DNA of 64,000 nt from an uncultured Candidatus Saccharibacteria bacterium. Its GTDB lineage: Bacteria > Patescibacteriota > JAQUNI01. The notes below the pieces were generated by a model. It worked only from the letters and a program-made list of their open reading frames with translations, did not search any database and was not told where the DNA came from. The stretch spans positions 83,943 to 147,942 of the forward strand of contig CAZKRD010000003.1 in assembly GCA_964555185.1 (NCBI GenBank). The letters are read 5' to 3'. The translations under genes and the position numbers were made by a program. Below, in pieces: positions 19,421-30,240 of the stretch (its first letter is position 1; each line of letters opens with the position of its first letter).

Positions 19421-19540
19421 CTATTTGCTCTTTTTATCAATAATCCGTTTCAGGCTCACTACAGAACGGCCTGAAACTTTCATCCGCTTTTTTCTTTTGG
19501 CTTCTCGTTTTTTGATTTTGTGTTTAAGTTTTCTTTCCAT
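19421..19540 (-). CDS. Very small basic hypothetical ORF (39 aa, MERKLKHKIKKREAKRKKRMKVSGRSVVSLKRIIDKKSK); could instead be a structured RNA
   Basis: I translated it by hand. It contains a 9-bp hairpin gtttcaggc...gcctgaaac inside the frame. It is not in the supplied ORF track (<60 aa). Confidence 0.2.
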   Translation of the reverse strand: MERKLKHKIKKREAKRKKRMKVSGRSVVSLKRIIDKKSK

Positions 19541-19771
19541 ACAGGAGTGATTTGAATGTCAAAGGTGATGATAATGTCTGATATACCTAAAGGTGCGGAA
19601 GAGGCGCTTTGGGAATTTTGGTTCATCCCCCACCTAAGAGTTCGTTCCATGTGTGGAGAGGTAGGGCTTGAACTTTTAGTTGGGGAAGTTTCTCATGAGA
19701 GCCCCGGAGAGGATCACGAATCCCTTGACGAAGAATTGATGGAAGCTCTTTCGATTGTGGGTGACCGGTAG

Positions 19772-21217
19772 CTAATACGCTGTCGGTTTTTTTAACCTAT
19801 TTTTTACTCTTTGCGCTATTTTTTTGTCTAACACTTTTTCAAGGTCGGTTATTCTTGCTTTTTTGATGTTTTCGATTGAGCCGAATTCTTGAAGAAGCAC
19901 TTGTTTTCTTTTTGGGCCAATGCCTGGGATCTGATCGAGCTTGGAAGCAATTGTTGCTTTTTTGCGCAGTTTGCGGTGATAGCTGATTGCAAAACGGTGG
20001 GCTTCATCGCGGATTTGTTTTAGAAGCATTAAGGACCTGGAATCATCTGGCAGAGTAATCGCTTTCTTCTTTTTTGGAAAGTAGATCTCTTCCAGTTTTT
20101 TAGCGAGAGCGCGTACAGGTATTTTAAGATTATATTTCTTGATTGCTTTGAGAGCAGTATTAAGCTGGGCTTTGCCTCCGTCAATCACAATAAGATCGGG
20201 CTTTGGCCATCCCTCTCTTTGTTTTCTAAATCGCCTTTCTAAAATTTCTTGGATCATCGCGACATCATTCGCGCCTTTGACGGTTTTAATTTTAAAGCGG
20301 CGGTAGTCAGATTTTGATGGTTTCCCATTATAGAACACAATCATCGAGCCGGTTGCTTGCTTTCCTTGGATATTGGAAACATCATAGGCCTCAATCCGGT
20401 AGGGGATCCCGAGAAGTTTTAAGTCGCCTTTTAGTTTAGCTCCGAGAGTTTCTTGATAGAGGTTAAGCTTGCCTCCTTGGATATTTTGTAAGAATTCTTT
20501 AATACTTTTTTTGCTCATCGCCTGAATCTTTTCTAAAGCAAACAATCGGTTGCGGTAAAATGTTGCTTTTTCATAATTTTGCTCTTGACTTGATTCAAGC
20601 ATTCTCTTCTTGCTTTCTCTTGTTATTTTTTTATGCTTCCCGCGTAGGAATTCTTGGATGCTTTTGATAATTTCCTGATAATCTTCTTTTTTGATTTTAT
20701 GAACACAAGGCGCAGGACAGAGTTCAATGTGATAGAAAAGACAGGTCTTCTTTGGTAGATTTTTACAGGAACGATAGGGAAAGATTTTGCGCAGAATTTT
20801 TAAGGTCTGTTTGGCAGCAAAGGAGGAAAGATAAGGACCAAAGAGTTTCCCTGAGAATTTGTCCTTTTCTTTCTCGCGCAGAATAAAAATCAGGGGGAAC
20901 TCTTCGCGGGTTAGGGCGATATAGGCGTGGGATTTGTCGTCTCTACCAATGATATTGTAATCTGGCCTGTATTTTTTAATCAGACTGTATTCTAAAAACA
21001 AGGCCTCGGTTTCGTCTATGACCACGATGTGCTCGATTTTTTTAATCTTGGCGAGCATCTGCTTTTTATCCGGGGCAAGGTTATTTCTTTCGCGAAAATA
21101 GGAAGAGACCCGTTTTTTTAGGTCCTTGGCTTTGCCAACATAAATAACGTGATTTTTAAAATCACGGAAGATATAGACACCGGGTTTTTTTGGCAACTCT
21201 GCTATTTGTTTTTTCAT
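19772..21217 (-). CDS. uvrC: Excinuclease ABC subunit C (short form, 481 aa)
   Basis: The N-terminal GIY-YIG domain reads PGVYIFRDFKNHVIYVGKAKDLKKRVSSYF. The C-terminal HhH reads IPGIGPKRKQVLLQEFGSIENI. It is shorter than the typical 600-aa UvrC. Confidence 0.8.
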   Translation of the reverse strand: MKKQIAELPKKPGVYIFRDFKNHVIYVGKAKDLKKRVSSYFRERNNLAPDKKQMLAKIKKIEHIVVIDETEALFLEYSLIKKYRPDYNIIGRDDKSHAYIALTREEFPLIFILREKEKDKFSGKLFGPYLSSFAAKQTLKILRKIFPYRSCKNLPKKTCLFYHIELCPAPCVHKIKKEDYQEIIKSIQEFLRGKHKKITRESKKRMLESSQEQNYEKATFYRNRLFALEKIQAMSKKSIKEFLQNIQGGKLNLYQETLGAKLKGDLKLLGIPYRIEAYDVSNIQGKQATGSMIVFYNGKPSKSDYRRFKIKTVKGANDVAMIQEILERRFRKQREGWPKPDLIVIDGGKAQLNTALKAIKKYNLKIPVRALAKKLEEIYFPKKKKAITLPDDSRSLMLLKQIRDEAHRFAISYHRKLRKKATIASKLDQIPGIGPKRKQVLLQEFGSIENIKKARITDLEKVLDKKIAQRVKNRLKKPTAY

Positions 21218-21321
21218 AATTTAAAGAGTATACTTAAGATTAGACGCCTGATTGTCCTGCGGTCTGTAGCTAGCTTTTTCGTTCTTTCATAATAACAGGT
21301 TGCGGTCTATCTCGAAAGGGG

Positions 21322-22035
21322 ATGAGATCGATGCGAAAGAAATGGAGCTACCTACTTATAGTTTTAGTGGTTTGTTGTTTATCGTGTGCGACGGTTGTCC
21401 CCAAGAAGCTCGAACAAGAGCCTGTCAAGATGACATTTTCCCCTAAGGCAGAATACCGCAGATTGCTTGCTGAAAAGCAGGAAGGGAGTATTCGTTTCAG
21501 GATATTTCTCTGTGGCGAACTCCGTGACTTTGATCAAGAGTTTTTTCTGTGGTATTGGTTTAGCTGCACAGTGGAAAATGTGGGAGAAGAAAAGATCGTT
21601 GTTCGGCCTCCTATGCCGCGGGGTGCGGTGGTTATGGATCTGACCATAGACGACGGCAAAACAGTCTCTCTTTTTCTTTACTCTGGAGTCATTTGCTACC
21701 TGGATCCGGTTGAGTTAATGCCTGGTTCAGGTATTGTCGTGGATAAGATCGCACCTTGGCTTCTGGAGTGGGGGCCTTTGGGGATCTTTGAAAAGCCCCG
21801 AGAGTATGTACTTGAATATAGGTACACTTACCATTACGATCCGTGGGGGCCGGAAAGTGAGAGGAGTTACAAGAGCTTGAAGGGAACAACATCAGGAAGA
21901 TCATTCTTCCCAGAATGGGTGGATCATGTTTGCCCTTGTTTTGATGTTGAGTTCCCCGTGGTTACTATTTACCAGCAGGGGGAAAAGTTCATCCCAGAGC
22001 GCTTTGGCATCTATATTATTGATGTTGAAGAATAG
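21322..22035 (+). CDS. Hypothetical secreted protein or lipoprotein
   Basis: The N-terminal signal peptide is MRSMRKKWSYLLIVLVVCCLSCATV. I recognise no domain. Confidence 0.4.
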   Translation: MRSMRKKWSYLLIVLVVCCLSCATVVPKKLEQEPVKMTFSPKAEYRRLLAEKQEGSIRFRIFLCGELRDFDQEFFLWYWFSCTVENVGEEKIVVRPPMPRGAVVMDLTIDDGKTVSLFLYSGVICYLDPVELMPGSGIVVDKIAPWLLEWGPLGIFEKPREYVLEYRYTYHYDPWGPESERSYKSLKGTTSGRSFFPEWVDHVCPCFDVEFPVVTIYQQGEKFIPERFGIYIIDVEE

Positions 22036-22191
22036 GCCTTTTGCTGGTTTGTCCCTGAATCTTCACCGCCGGTGTCTTTACCTGCGGTTTTTTTTGATAA
22101 AAACTGTGATTGTGTTAAAGTTAGTAATCGTTTTTAGTTTTACTTAGAAGTATATATTTGTTCATTTTCTAGTTCAAACCTTTATTTCGAT

Positions 22192-22788
22192 TTGAGAGGA
22201 GTGATTAGAATGTTCGTGCTTATAGGACTCATTATTATTGGTATTGGAGTTATAGTAACGATTATTTCAACAATCAAGGGAAAGGTAAGTCGTCGCTGGC
22301 TTAAATCTAATCTTGTGTTGAATGTACTTCTGTTGGTCCTTATTTTTGGAACACTTCTTGCTCGTGAGCGAGGAAGGTATGAATTCAAAGATTTTGATTT
22401 AGTATGTCAGGCTAGTCATCAGGGTTCGGTTTTCGGCTGGACTTATAGCGACGGAGAAGAAAGTAAAGACTTTTTGCCTTTCGGTCCTTTGGATTGCAGT
22501 GAGACAGAGGTTTTACGTTCTGCCGATGTTGAAGCAGAGCCTCATTTGATCGCGGGAGGGTCTATTGTTTGCCAGGCTTTGTCTTACGATGATACGGTCG
22601 TGGGCTGGTTTGAGAAGGGCAGTGACAGGAGAATGGTTCCTTATCTTTTGCCCTGTATGTTCTTCCGTGGTGGAAAGGATGGCAAGTTAACCTTTAGCAA
22701 AGGAGAGGCTAAGCTTCAAATAAGTTGTTTGGATAATGGTTTTGGAAAAGGAAAAAGGTATCAAATTGAGATCAAGAGTGTTCGCTAA
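22192..22788 (+). CDS. Hypothetical membrane-anchored Cys-containing protein
   Basis: A TM helix is MFVLIGLIIIGIGVIVTIISTI. The probable start is 22210, preceded by SD GAGGAG. A terminator follows at 22796-22830. Confidence 0.4.
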   Translation: MRGVIRMFVLIGLIIIGIGVIVTIISTIKGKVSRRWLKSNLVLNVLLLVLIFGTLLARERGRYEFKDFDLVCQASHQGSVFGWTYSDGEESKDFLPFGPLDCSETEVLRSADVEAEPHLIAGGSIVCQALSYDDTVVGWFEKGSDRRMVPYLLPCMFFRGGKDGKLTFSKGEAKLQISCLDNGFGKGKRYQIEIKSVR

Positions 22789-22795
22789 AGTTTTA

Positions 22796-22830
22796 CCCGG
22801 GATTTTTATTCTATGATCACGGGTTTTTTT
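22796..22830 (+). terminator. Rho-independent terminator
   Basis: The stem cccgggatttttattctatgatcacggg is followed by TTTTTTT. Confidence 0.6.
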
Positions 22831-22939
22831 ATTTAAACCATTTTGCCTGCCAGCCGAAGCTTATGAGGCGAAGGTTGGACTTTTAACTTTTCACGATGTA
22901 TAATTAGAAAGTTAATTTTTTGACAAAATCAAAAAGGAA

Positions 22940-25777
22940 ATGCCAAAAGAAATTCTGATCCGCGGGGCGCGGGTCCATAATTTAAAGAACATTGATCTTA
23001 AGATCCCGCGAGACAAACTGGTTGTGATCACTGGTCTTTCTGGTTCTGGGAAGTCTTCTTTGGCTTTTGACACGATTTATGCTGAAGGGCAAAGGCGGTA
23101 TGTCGAGAGTCTCTCTGCTTATGCCCGGCAGTTTTTGGGATTGATGGACAAGCCGGATGTGGATCAGATTGAAGGGTTGTCGCCCGCGATCTCGATTGAC
23201 CAAAGGTCAGCTTCTTCTAATCCCCGTTCGACCGTGGGCACGATCACGGAAATTTATGACTATCTAAGACTGCTATTCGCGCGAGTGGGCAGACCGCATT
23301 GCTCGAAGTGCGGTAAGCCGGTTTCAGCTCAGACCGTAAGCCAAATCACGGATAAAATCCTTTCGGTTCGCAAAGGGACCAAGGTGGTCATTCTAGCGCC
23401 AATGGTTCGCGATCAGAAAGGCGAACACAAAAGAGAGATTGCCGAGATTCAGAAAGCGGGTTTTGTTCGGGTGCGTCTGGATGGGACAATTATGGATGTA
23501 GAGGAAGCCTTAGAGACTGCGATTAATCGACGGAGGAGACACAACTTGGATGTGGTTGTTGATCGGTTGATCTTAGAGAAAAACAAAGAAGAGCGGGAGC
23601 GGCTTGTTGATTCTCTGGAGACTGCTTTGGATTTGGGCAATGGCTTGGTGATTATCAATCAGCCTGATGCCAAAAAGGACGTTCTTTTTTCGGAACACTT
23701 TGCTTGTCCGGATTGCGATATTAGCCTGCCGGCTTTGGAGCCGCGCAATTTTTCTTTTAATTCTCCGCACGGCGCCTGTCCTGAATGCACGGGTTTGGGC
23801 ACCAAGCTTGAGATTGATCAGAAGCTGATTATTCCGAATAAAAAGCTCTCGGTGCGCGAAGGAGCGATCCGGCCTTGGGCGCGGGCCGTTTCGGCTGGCG
23901 GCTGGTATATCCAGATGCTGGAATCAGTAGCCAGTCACTATGGCTTCTCTTTAGATCTTGCTGTAAATAAATTAAAACAGGACGATCTCAATATCATTCT
24001 TTACGGTACCAAAGGCGAGCGAGTGCCCACTACTTATCGTAAAGAGTATAGGCATTTTGAGGCAAAGATTCCTTTTGAGGGCGTGATCCCGAATCTGGAG
24101 CGCAGGTACAAAGAGACCCAGTCTGACTATATCCGGCGCGAGATTGAAAAGTATATGCGGATCTATCCCTGCCCGACCTGCCAGGGCGCCCGCCTCAAAC
24201 TCGAGATTTTAGCTGTCACTGTAGGAGAGAGATCAATTATTGATATTGTCAGGATGAACATTGCCGAAACCTCTGATTTCTTTAAGGATTTGAGTAAGTC
24301 TTTAACCCCTAAAGAAAGGATAATTGCGAAGCAGATCCTAAAAGAGATCAGAGAACGGCTTTCTTTTTTGCAGAATGTGGGTCTGCCTTATTTAACCCTA
24401 GACCGCTCCGCTTCTTCTCTGGCCGGGGGCGAGGCCCAGAGGATCAGACTGGCGACTCAGATTGGTTCTTCACTTTCTGGCGTTCTCTATATTTTAGATG
24501 AACCTTCAATCGGTTTACATCAGAGGGATAACCTGCGGCTCCTTGCTACCTTGAAGCAGTTAAGGGATCGGGGTAATACCGTGATTGTGGTTGAACATGA
24601 TGAAGAAACGATCTTGAATGCCGACCACATTATTGATATCGGACCAGGGGCAGGCAAACACGGCGGCGAGATCGTGACCCAAGGTTCGCCTGCACAGGTT
24701 AAGAATTGCAAAAAGTCCTTAACCGGCCAGTATCTAGCCCACAGATTGGAAATTCCTCTACCTCAACACTATCGTCGCGGCAATAGCCGCAAGGTTTCGA
24801 TTAAAGGAGCAAGAGAGCACAACTTGAAGAATATTGATGTTGAGATTCCTTTGGCCAAATTCGTTTGCATCACCGGTGTTTCTGGTTCAGGCAAGTCCAC
24901 TTTGATGGATGATATCTTGGCGCGGGCCTTGGCCCAAAAGTTTTATCGCGCAAAAAGACTGCCGGGAAAACACAGACGGATCACGGGTTTTTCTTATTTA
25001 GATAAAGTGATTACGATTGACCAGTCGCCGATCGGCCGGACGCCCCGTTCCAACCCAGCTACTTATACCGGCGTTTTTACTCCGATCCGCGAACTTTACG
25101 CCAAAGCCCCGGAAGCCAAGATCCGCGGCTATCGGGCGGGCCGGTTCAGTTTTAATGTTAAAGGCGGGCGCTGCGAGGCCTGCCGCGGCGAGGGCTTGGT
25201 CAGGATTGAAATGCAGTTTCTGCCTGATGTTTATGTGGAGTGTGAGGAGTGCCAAGGCAGCCGTTACAACAAGGCGGCTTTGGAGATTTATTGTAAAGGG
25301 AAGAACATCGCGCAGGTTTTGGAAATGACCGTGGAAGAGGCCTTGCAGTTTTTTTACAATATTCCGATTGTTCGTCAAAAATTTCAAATATTAAGTGAGG
25401 TCGGATTGGGTTATCTCCGCTTGGGGCAGCCCGCGCCTACCCTGTCTGGCGGCGAGGCGCAGAGAGTCAAATTAGCCACTGAACTTTCGCGCCGGGCCAC
25501 AGGCAAGACCCTCTACATTTTAGACGAGCCCACAACCGGTCTCCATTTTGATGATGTGAAGAGACTCTTAGGGGTCCTGAATCAATTAGTGGATAAAAAG
25601 AATACGGTTTTGGTGATTGAACACAATCTGGATGTGATTAAATCCGCGGATTGGATTATTGATTTGGGGCCGGAAGGAGGAGAGGCCGGAGGGGAGATTG
25701 TGGCACAGGGCACGCCGCGGCAGATGGCGAGAGTGAAGAAGAGTTATACGGGGCAGTTTTTGAAAAAATATTTTTAA
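22940..25777 (+). CDS. uvrA: Excinuclease ABC subunit A
   Basis: The protein is 945 aa. It has two ABC ATPase modules ([19 protein letters not shown] and [15 protein letters not shown]) and zinc-finger Cys pairs (CPDC, CPEC, CEAC, CEEC). Confidence 0.95.
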   Translation: MPKEILIRGARVHNLKNIDLKIPRDKLVVITGLSGSGKSSLAFDTIYAEGQRRYVESLSAYARQFLGLMDKPDVDQIEGLSPAISIDQRSASSNPRSTVGTITEIYDYLRLLFARVGRPHCSKCGKPVSAQTVSQITDKILSVRKGTKVVILAPMVRDQKGEHKREIAEIQKAGFVRVRLDGTIMDVEEALETAINRRRRHNLDVVVDRLILEKNKEERERLVDSLETALDLGNGLVIINQPDAKKDVLFSEHFACPDCDISLPALEPRNFSFNSPHGACPECTGLGTKLEIDQKLIIPNKKLSVREGAIRPWARAVSAGGWYIQMLESVASHYGFSLDLAVNKLKQDDLNIILYGTKGERVPTTYRKEYRHFEAKIPFEGVIPNLERRYKETQSDYIRREIEKYMRIYPCPTCQGARLKLEILAVTVGERSIIDIVRMNIAETSDFFKDLSKSLTPKERIIAKQILKEIRERLSFLQNVGLPYLTLDRSASSLAGGEAQRIRLATQIGSSLSGVLYILDEPSIGLHQRDNLRLLATLKQLRDRGNTVIVVEHDEETILNADHIIDIGPGAGKHGGEIVTQGSPAQVKNCKKSLTGQYLAHRLEIPLPQHYRRGNSRKVSIKGAREHNLKNIDVEIPLAKFVCITGVSGSGKSTLMDDILARALAQKFYRAKRLPGKHRRITGFSYLDKVITIDQSPIGRTPRSNPATYTGVFTPIRELYAKAPEAKIRGYRAGRFSFNVKGGRCEACRGEGLVRIEMQFLPDVYVECEECQGSRYNKAALEIYCKGKNIAQVLEMTVEEALQFFYNIPIVRQKFQILSEVGLGYLRLGQPAPTLSGGEAQRVKLATELSRRATGKTLYILDEPTTGLHFDDVKRLLGVLNQLVDKKNTVLVIEHNLDVIKSADWIIDLGPEGGEAGGEIVAQGTPRQMARVKKSYTGQFLKKYF

Positions 25778-25804
25778 CATCTCAAATCTCAAAAGTCAAA
25801 AATG

Positions 25805-25856
25805 CCTCGCCTACCGGGAGGCAGGCAAATTAAATCCCTGCCTGCCTGCCGGCAGG
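25805..25856. repeat. Two adjacent REP-like GC-rich palindromes (cctcgcctaccgggaggcagg; ccctgcctgcctgccggcagg) flanked by imperfect inverted (a/g)tctcaaa/gtcaaaa tandem repeats
   Basis: Read directly from the uvrA 3' spacer. The second palindrome is perfect over 20 nt. Confidence 0.65.
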
Positions 25857-25939
25857 TTAAAAATATTTTTGACTTTCCCTCGACCTGAGGCTCGAGACTC
25901 GAAGGTTGATCTACATTTTTGAGATTTGACTTTTGACTT

Positions 25940-26905
25940 TTGACTTTTTATAACCGAGGAGATCCAACTCTAAGAAAGAGTATTTTATATACTCTCCACT
26001 ACTTCAACCTTCAAGGTAAGCCCTTGACTTTATTTGAGTGTTGGCGCAATCTTTTTTGGGCGGGCAAGGGAAGGCCTGTGATAGATTTGTTAGCGCTCCA
26101 GAGGGTTTTGGAAAAGATGCCAGGGGTGGAAACGGGGAGGGGATTTTACTTTTTAAAAGGCGACCTGGGTTTGGTTAAAAAAAGATTAGATTTTCACAAT
26201 TTTTCCCAGCCCAAATGGAAGCGGGCGAGAAGAGTAACGCGGCTTTTAGCTTTATTGCCTTTTGTCCGGATGATAGGGGTCTGCAATACAGTCGCTTTTA
26301 ATACTGCTAACCGCGAGAGTGATATTGATCTCTTGATTATTGTCAGGACAGGCAGAATGTGGACAGCCAGATTTTTGGTAACCTCTTTAGTTTCTTTTTT
26401 GGGTTTGCGGCGGCATAAAGACAAGATCGCTGACCGTCTCTGCCTCTCTTTTTATTTAGCTGATTCCCATTTGGATCTTCAGAAGGTTGCTTTGAAAGAC
26501 AAGGGTGAGATCCGTGATCCTTATTTGGCTCATTGGTTATCACAGGTCAGTCCGATTTACGATGATGGTGTTGCTTTAGAATTTTTTCGTCAGAACAAAA
26601 AACTCCTCTCGTCTTTGCCTTTTTATGTCCGATATTCCGGCGTGCCGCGGAGAATCGTGAAGCCTTTGATCCTTGGCGAGATTGCCAAGAGATTGCAGGA
26701 AATGTTGTTAGGTCACAGATTGGGAGATCTGATCGAGGCGGCTTTAAAAAAAATCCAGATTTCCAAGATGTCGCGCAACACTAAAAGTGCTGCCCAAGAG
26801 GATAATACCAAGGTTATTATTTCTGACGAGATTCTCAAATTTCACGAAAAAGATCTGCGTGAATATTACCACGATACTCTTGCCAAAAGATTTGGTTTGG
26901 TGTAG
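25940..26905 (+). CDS. Hypothetical protein, putative Pol-beta-superfamily nucleotidyltransferase
   Basis: GVCNTVAFNTANRESDIDLLIIV resembles the GS-x(n)-DxD nucleotidyltransferase motif. It is otherwise unrecognised. Confidence 0.35.
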   Translation: MTFYNRGDPTLRKSILYTLHYFNLQGKPLTLFECWRNLFWAGKGRPVIDLLALQRVLEKMPGVETGRGFYFLKGDLGLVKKRLDFHNFSQPKWKRARRVTRLLALLPFVRMIGVCNTVAFNTANRESDIDLLIIVRTGRMWTARFLVTSLVSFLGLRRHKDKIADRLCLSFYLADSHLDLQKVALKDKGEIRDPYLAHWLSQVSPIYDDGVALEFFRQNKKLLSSLPFYVRYSGVPRRIVKPLILGEIAKRLQEMLLGHRLGDLIEAALKKIQISKMSRNTKSAAQEDNTKVIISDEILKFHEKDLREYYHDTLAKRFGLV

Positions 26906-26931
26906 TATAGAATACTTGGAATTTATTAGTA

Positions 26932-26958
26932 TTGGCACTCTTGACAAGAGTCTGCTAA
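26932..26958 (+). promoter_or_regulatory. CIRCE-like inverted repeat (putative HrcA operator) upstream of groES
   Basis: The observed TTGGCACTC-N9-GTCTGCTAA compares to the consensus TTAGCACTC-N9-GAGTGCTAA. Three positions differ. Confidence 0.6.
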
Positions 26959-26969
26959 GAGAATATAAT
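26941..26969 (+). promoter_or_regulatory. Sigma70-type promoter TTGACA-N17-TATAAT overlapping the CIRCE element
   Basis: TTGACA is at 26941-26946 and TATAAT at 26964-26969, with a 17-nt spacer. Confidence 0.6.
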
Positions 26970-27010
26970 ATAAGTCCGAAGTAAAATTTTTTAATTAAAA
27001 AAGCAAAATT

Positions 27011-27301
27011 ATGAAAATTCAACCCCTAGAAGACAAAGTAGTAATCAAGCCTTTAAGCGAAGATGAAACAACTAAATCAGGGATTGTTTTGCCTGATACA
27101 GCGGAAAAAGAGAAGCCGGAAAAAGGCACGGTTTTGGCTGTCGGACCGGGCAAACTTTTGGATAATGGCAAACGGGCAGAGATGAGTGTTAAGCGCGGTG
27201 ATACGGTCCTTTTTACTAAATACAGCCCAAATGAAATCAAGATTGACGATAAAGAAGTTTTAGTTATCTCTGAATCTGACATTTTAGCAATTATTAAATA
27301 A
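27011..27301 (+). CDS. groES: Co-chaperonin GroES
   Basis: The protein is 96 aa. MKIQPLEDKVVIKP...GIVLPDTAEKEKPEKGTVLAVGPG is the GroES mobile-loop region. Confidence 0.95.
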   Translation: MKIQPLEDKVVIKPLSEDETTKSGIVLPDTAEKEKPEKGTVLAVGPGKLLDNGKRAEMSVKRGDTVLFTKYSPNEIKIDDKEVLVISESDILAIIK

Positions 27302-27324
27302 CCCGTAACCCTTGCTGCTTATAA

Positions 27325-29022
<1,698 letters not shown>

Positions 29023-29107
29023 GTGAACCCCACAAAATCTGCGATTTTCCGGGGGCCCCAAATATACCCCACAAATAAAACCAAGAAAACTTAAAATATT
29101 CAAAAAA

Positions 29108-29137
29108 CTCCGGGTATTTGACCCGGGGTTTTTTATT
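29108..29137 (+). terminator. Rho-independent terminator of groESL
   Basis: The stem ctccgggtatttgacccgggg is followed by TTTTTT. Confidence 0.7.
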
Positions 29138-29248
29138 ACTAAATTATTCAATGAACGGATTAGCGGATCGCGGATTTTTTGTTTGTTTTTTCTTGTTTTG
29201 CCCGAGAATCAGTGTTAGAATGTTTTAACGAAGGGAATTGAGATAAAT

Positions 29249-30169
29249 ATGATCGATTTAAACAAAAAGAAGATTCTAGTGACCGGCGCTTATGGTTTTT
29301 TAGGCCGGCATTTGGTTAAAAATCTTTTGGAGAAAAGAAAAGTACCAAGAAGAAATCTTACTCTGCCCCATTATCCAGGGTGTGATTTGCGCGAGATGGA
29401 GAATTGTCAGAGGGTGGTCCAGGGTCAAGACATTGTGATCCATCTGGCAGCCAAAGTTGGCGGGATTGGTTTGAATCAGAGAATTCCCGGTGAGATGTTT
29501 TACGATAATGAAATCATGGGCGTTCAACTGATGGAAGCAGCAAGGCAGGCCGGGGCCCAGAAATTTGTCGCCCTTGGCACGATCTGCTGTTATCCTAAGT
29601 TTACACCCCTGCCTTTTCGCGAAGAGGATTTGTGGCAGGGGTATCCTGAAGAGACCAATGCGCCCTATGCTTTGGCGAAGAAGATGCTTTTAGTCCAAGC
29701 CCAAGCCTATCGCAAGCAGTATGGTTTTAATGCGATTTTCTTAATACCGGTCAATCTCTATGGCCCGGGTGATAAATTTGATCCCCGGTTTTCACATGTG
29801 ATTCCAGCCCTGATCCGCAAGATTAGCGAAGCAAAAGAAAAGCACAAAAAACAGATTCGGGTTTGGGGCACAGGCAAAGCTACCCGCGAGTTTCTTTATG
29901 TGGAAGACGCGGCAGAAGGGATCCTGCTTGCCACTGAACTATATAATAAACCTGAACCTGTGAACTTGGGTTCGGGCAAAGAAATTTCAATTAAGGATTT
30001 AGTTGGTTTATTAACCAAGATTATGGATTATGAAGGGAAGATCTATTGGGATCGTTCTAAACCTGATGGCCAGCCCAAACGGCGAGTGGCAACAGAGAAG
30101 GCGCAAAAGGAGTTTGGCTTCAAAGCGAAAACTAATTTTACAACCGGGCTTAAGAAGACGATTACTTAG
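29249..30169 (+). CDS. fcl: GDP-L-fucose synthase (GDP-4-keto-6-deoxy-D-mannose 3,5-epimerase/4-reductase)
   Basis: IHLAAKVGGI, TNAPYALAKK (YxxxK) and NLYGPGDKFDPRFSHVIPALIRK parallel E. coli Fcl motifs. Length is 306 aa. Confidence 0.8.
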   Translation: MIDLNKKKILVTGAYGFLGRHLVKNLLEKRKVPRRNLTLPHYPGCDLREMENCQRVVQGQDIVIHLAAKVGGIGLNQRIPGEMFYDNEIMGVQLMEAARQAGAQKFVALGTICCYPKFTPLPFREEDLWQGYPEETNAPYALAKKMLLVQAQAYRKQYGFNAIFLIPVNLYGPGDKFDPRFSHVIPALIRKISEAKEKHKKQIRVWGTGKATREFLYVEDAAEGILLATELYNKPEPVNLGSGKEISIKDLVGLLTKIMDYEGKIYWDRSKPDGQPKRRVATEKAQKEFGFKAKTNFTTGLKKTIT

Positions 30170-30240
30170 CGGGAGAGTTATCAGAAATAAACCCCAAAAA
30201 ATCATCAGGTTTTCCCTAGGACCCCAAAGGGAAAATAAAT

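Noticed and set aside
19556-19771. A 71-aa acidic ORF with an AGGAG SD ending exactly at the uvrC stop.
   Set aside because: It has no recognisable domain. It is convergent with and abuts uvrC. It could be real, but evidence is limited to an SD and an open frame, so I did not list it as a feature.
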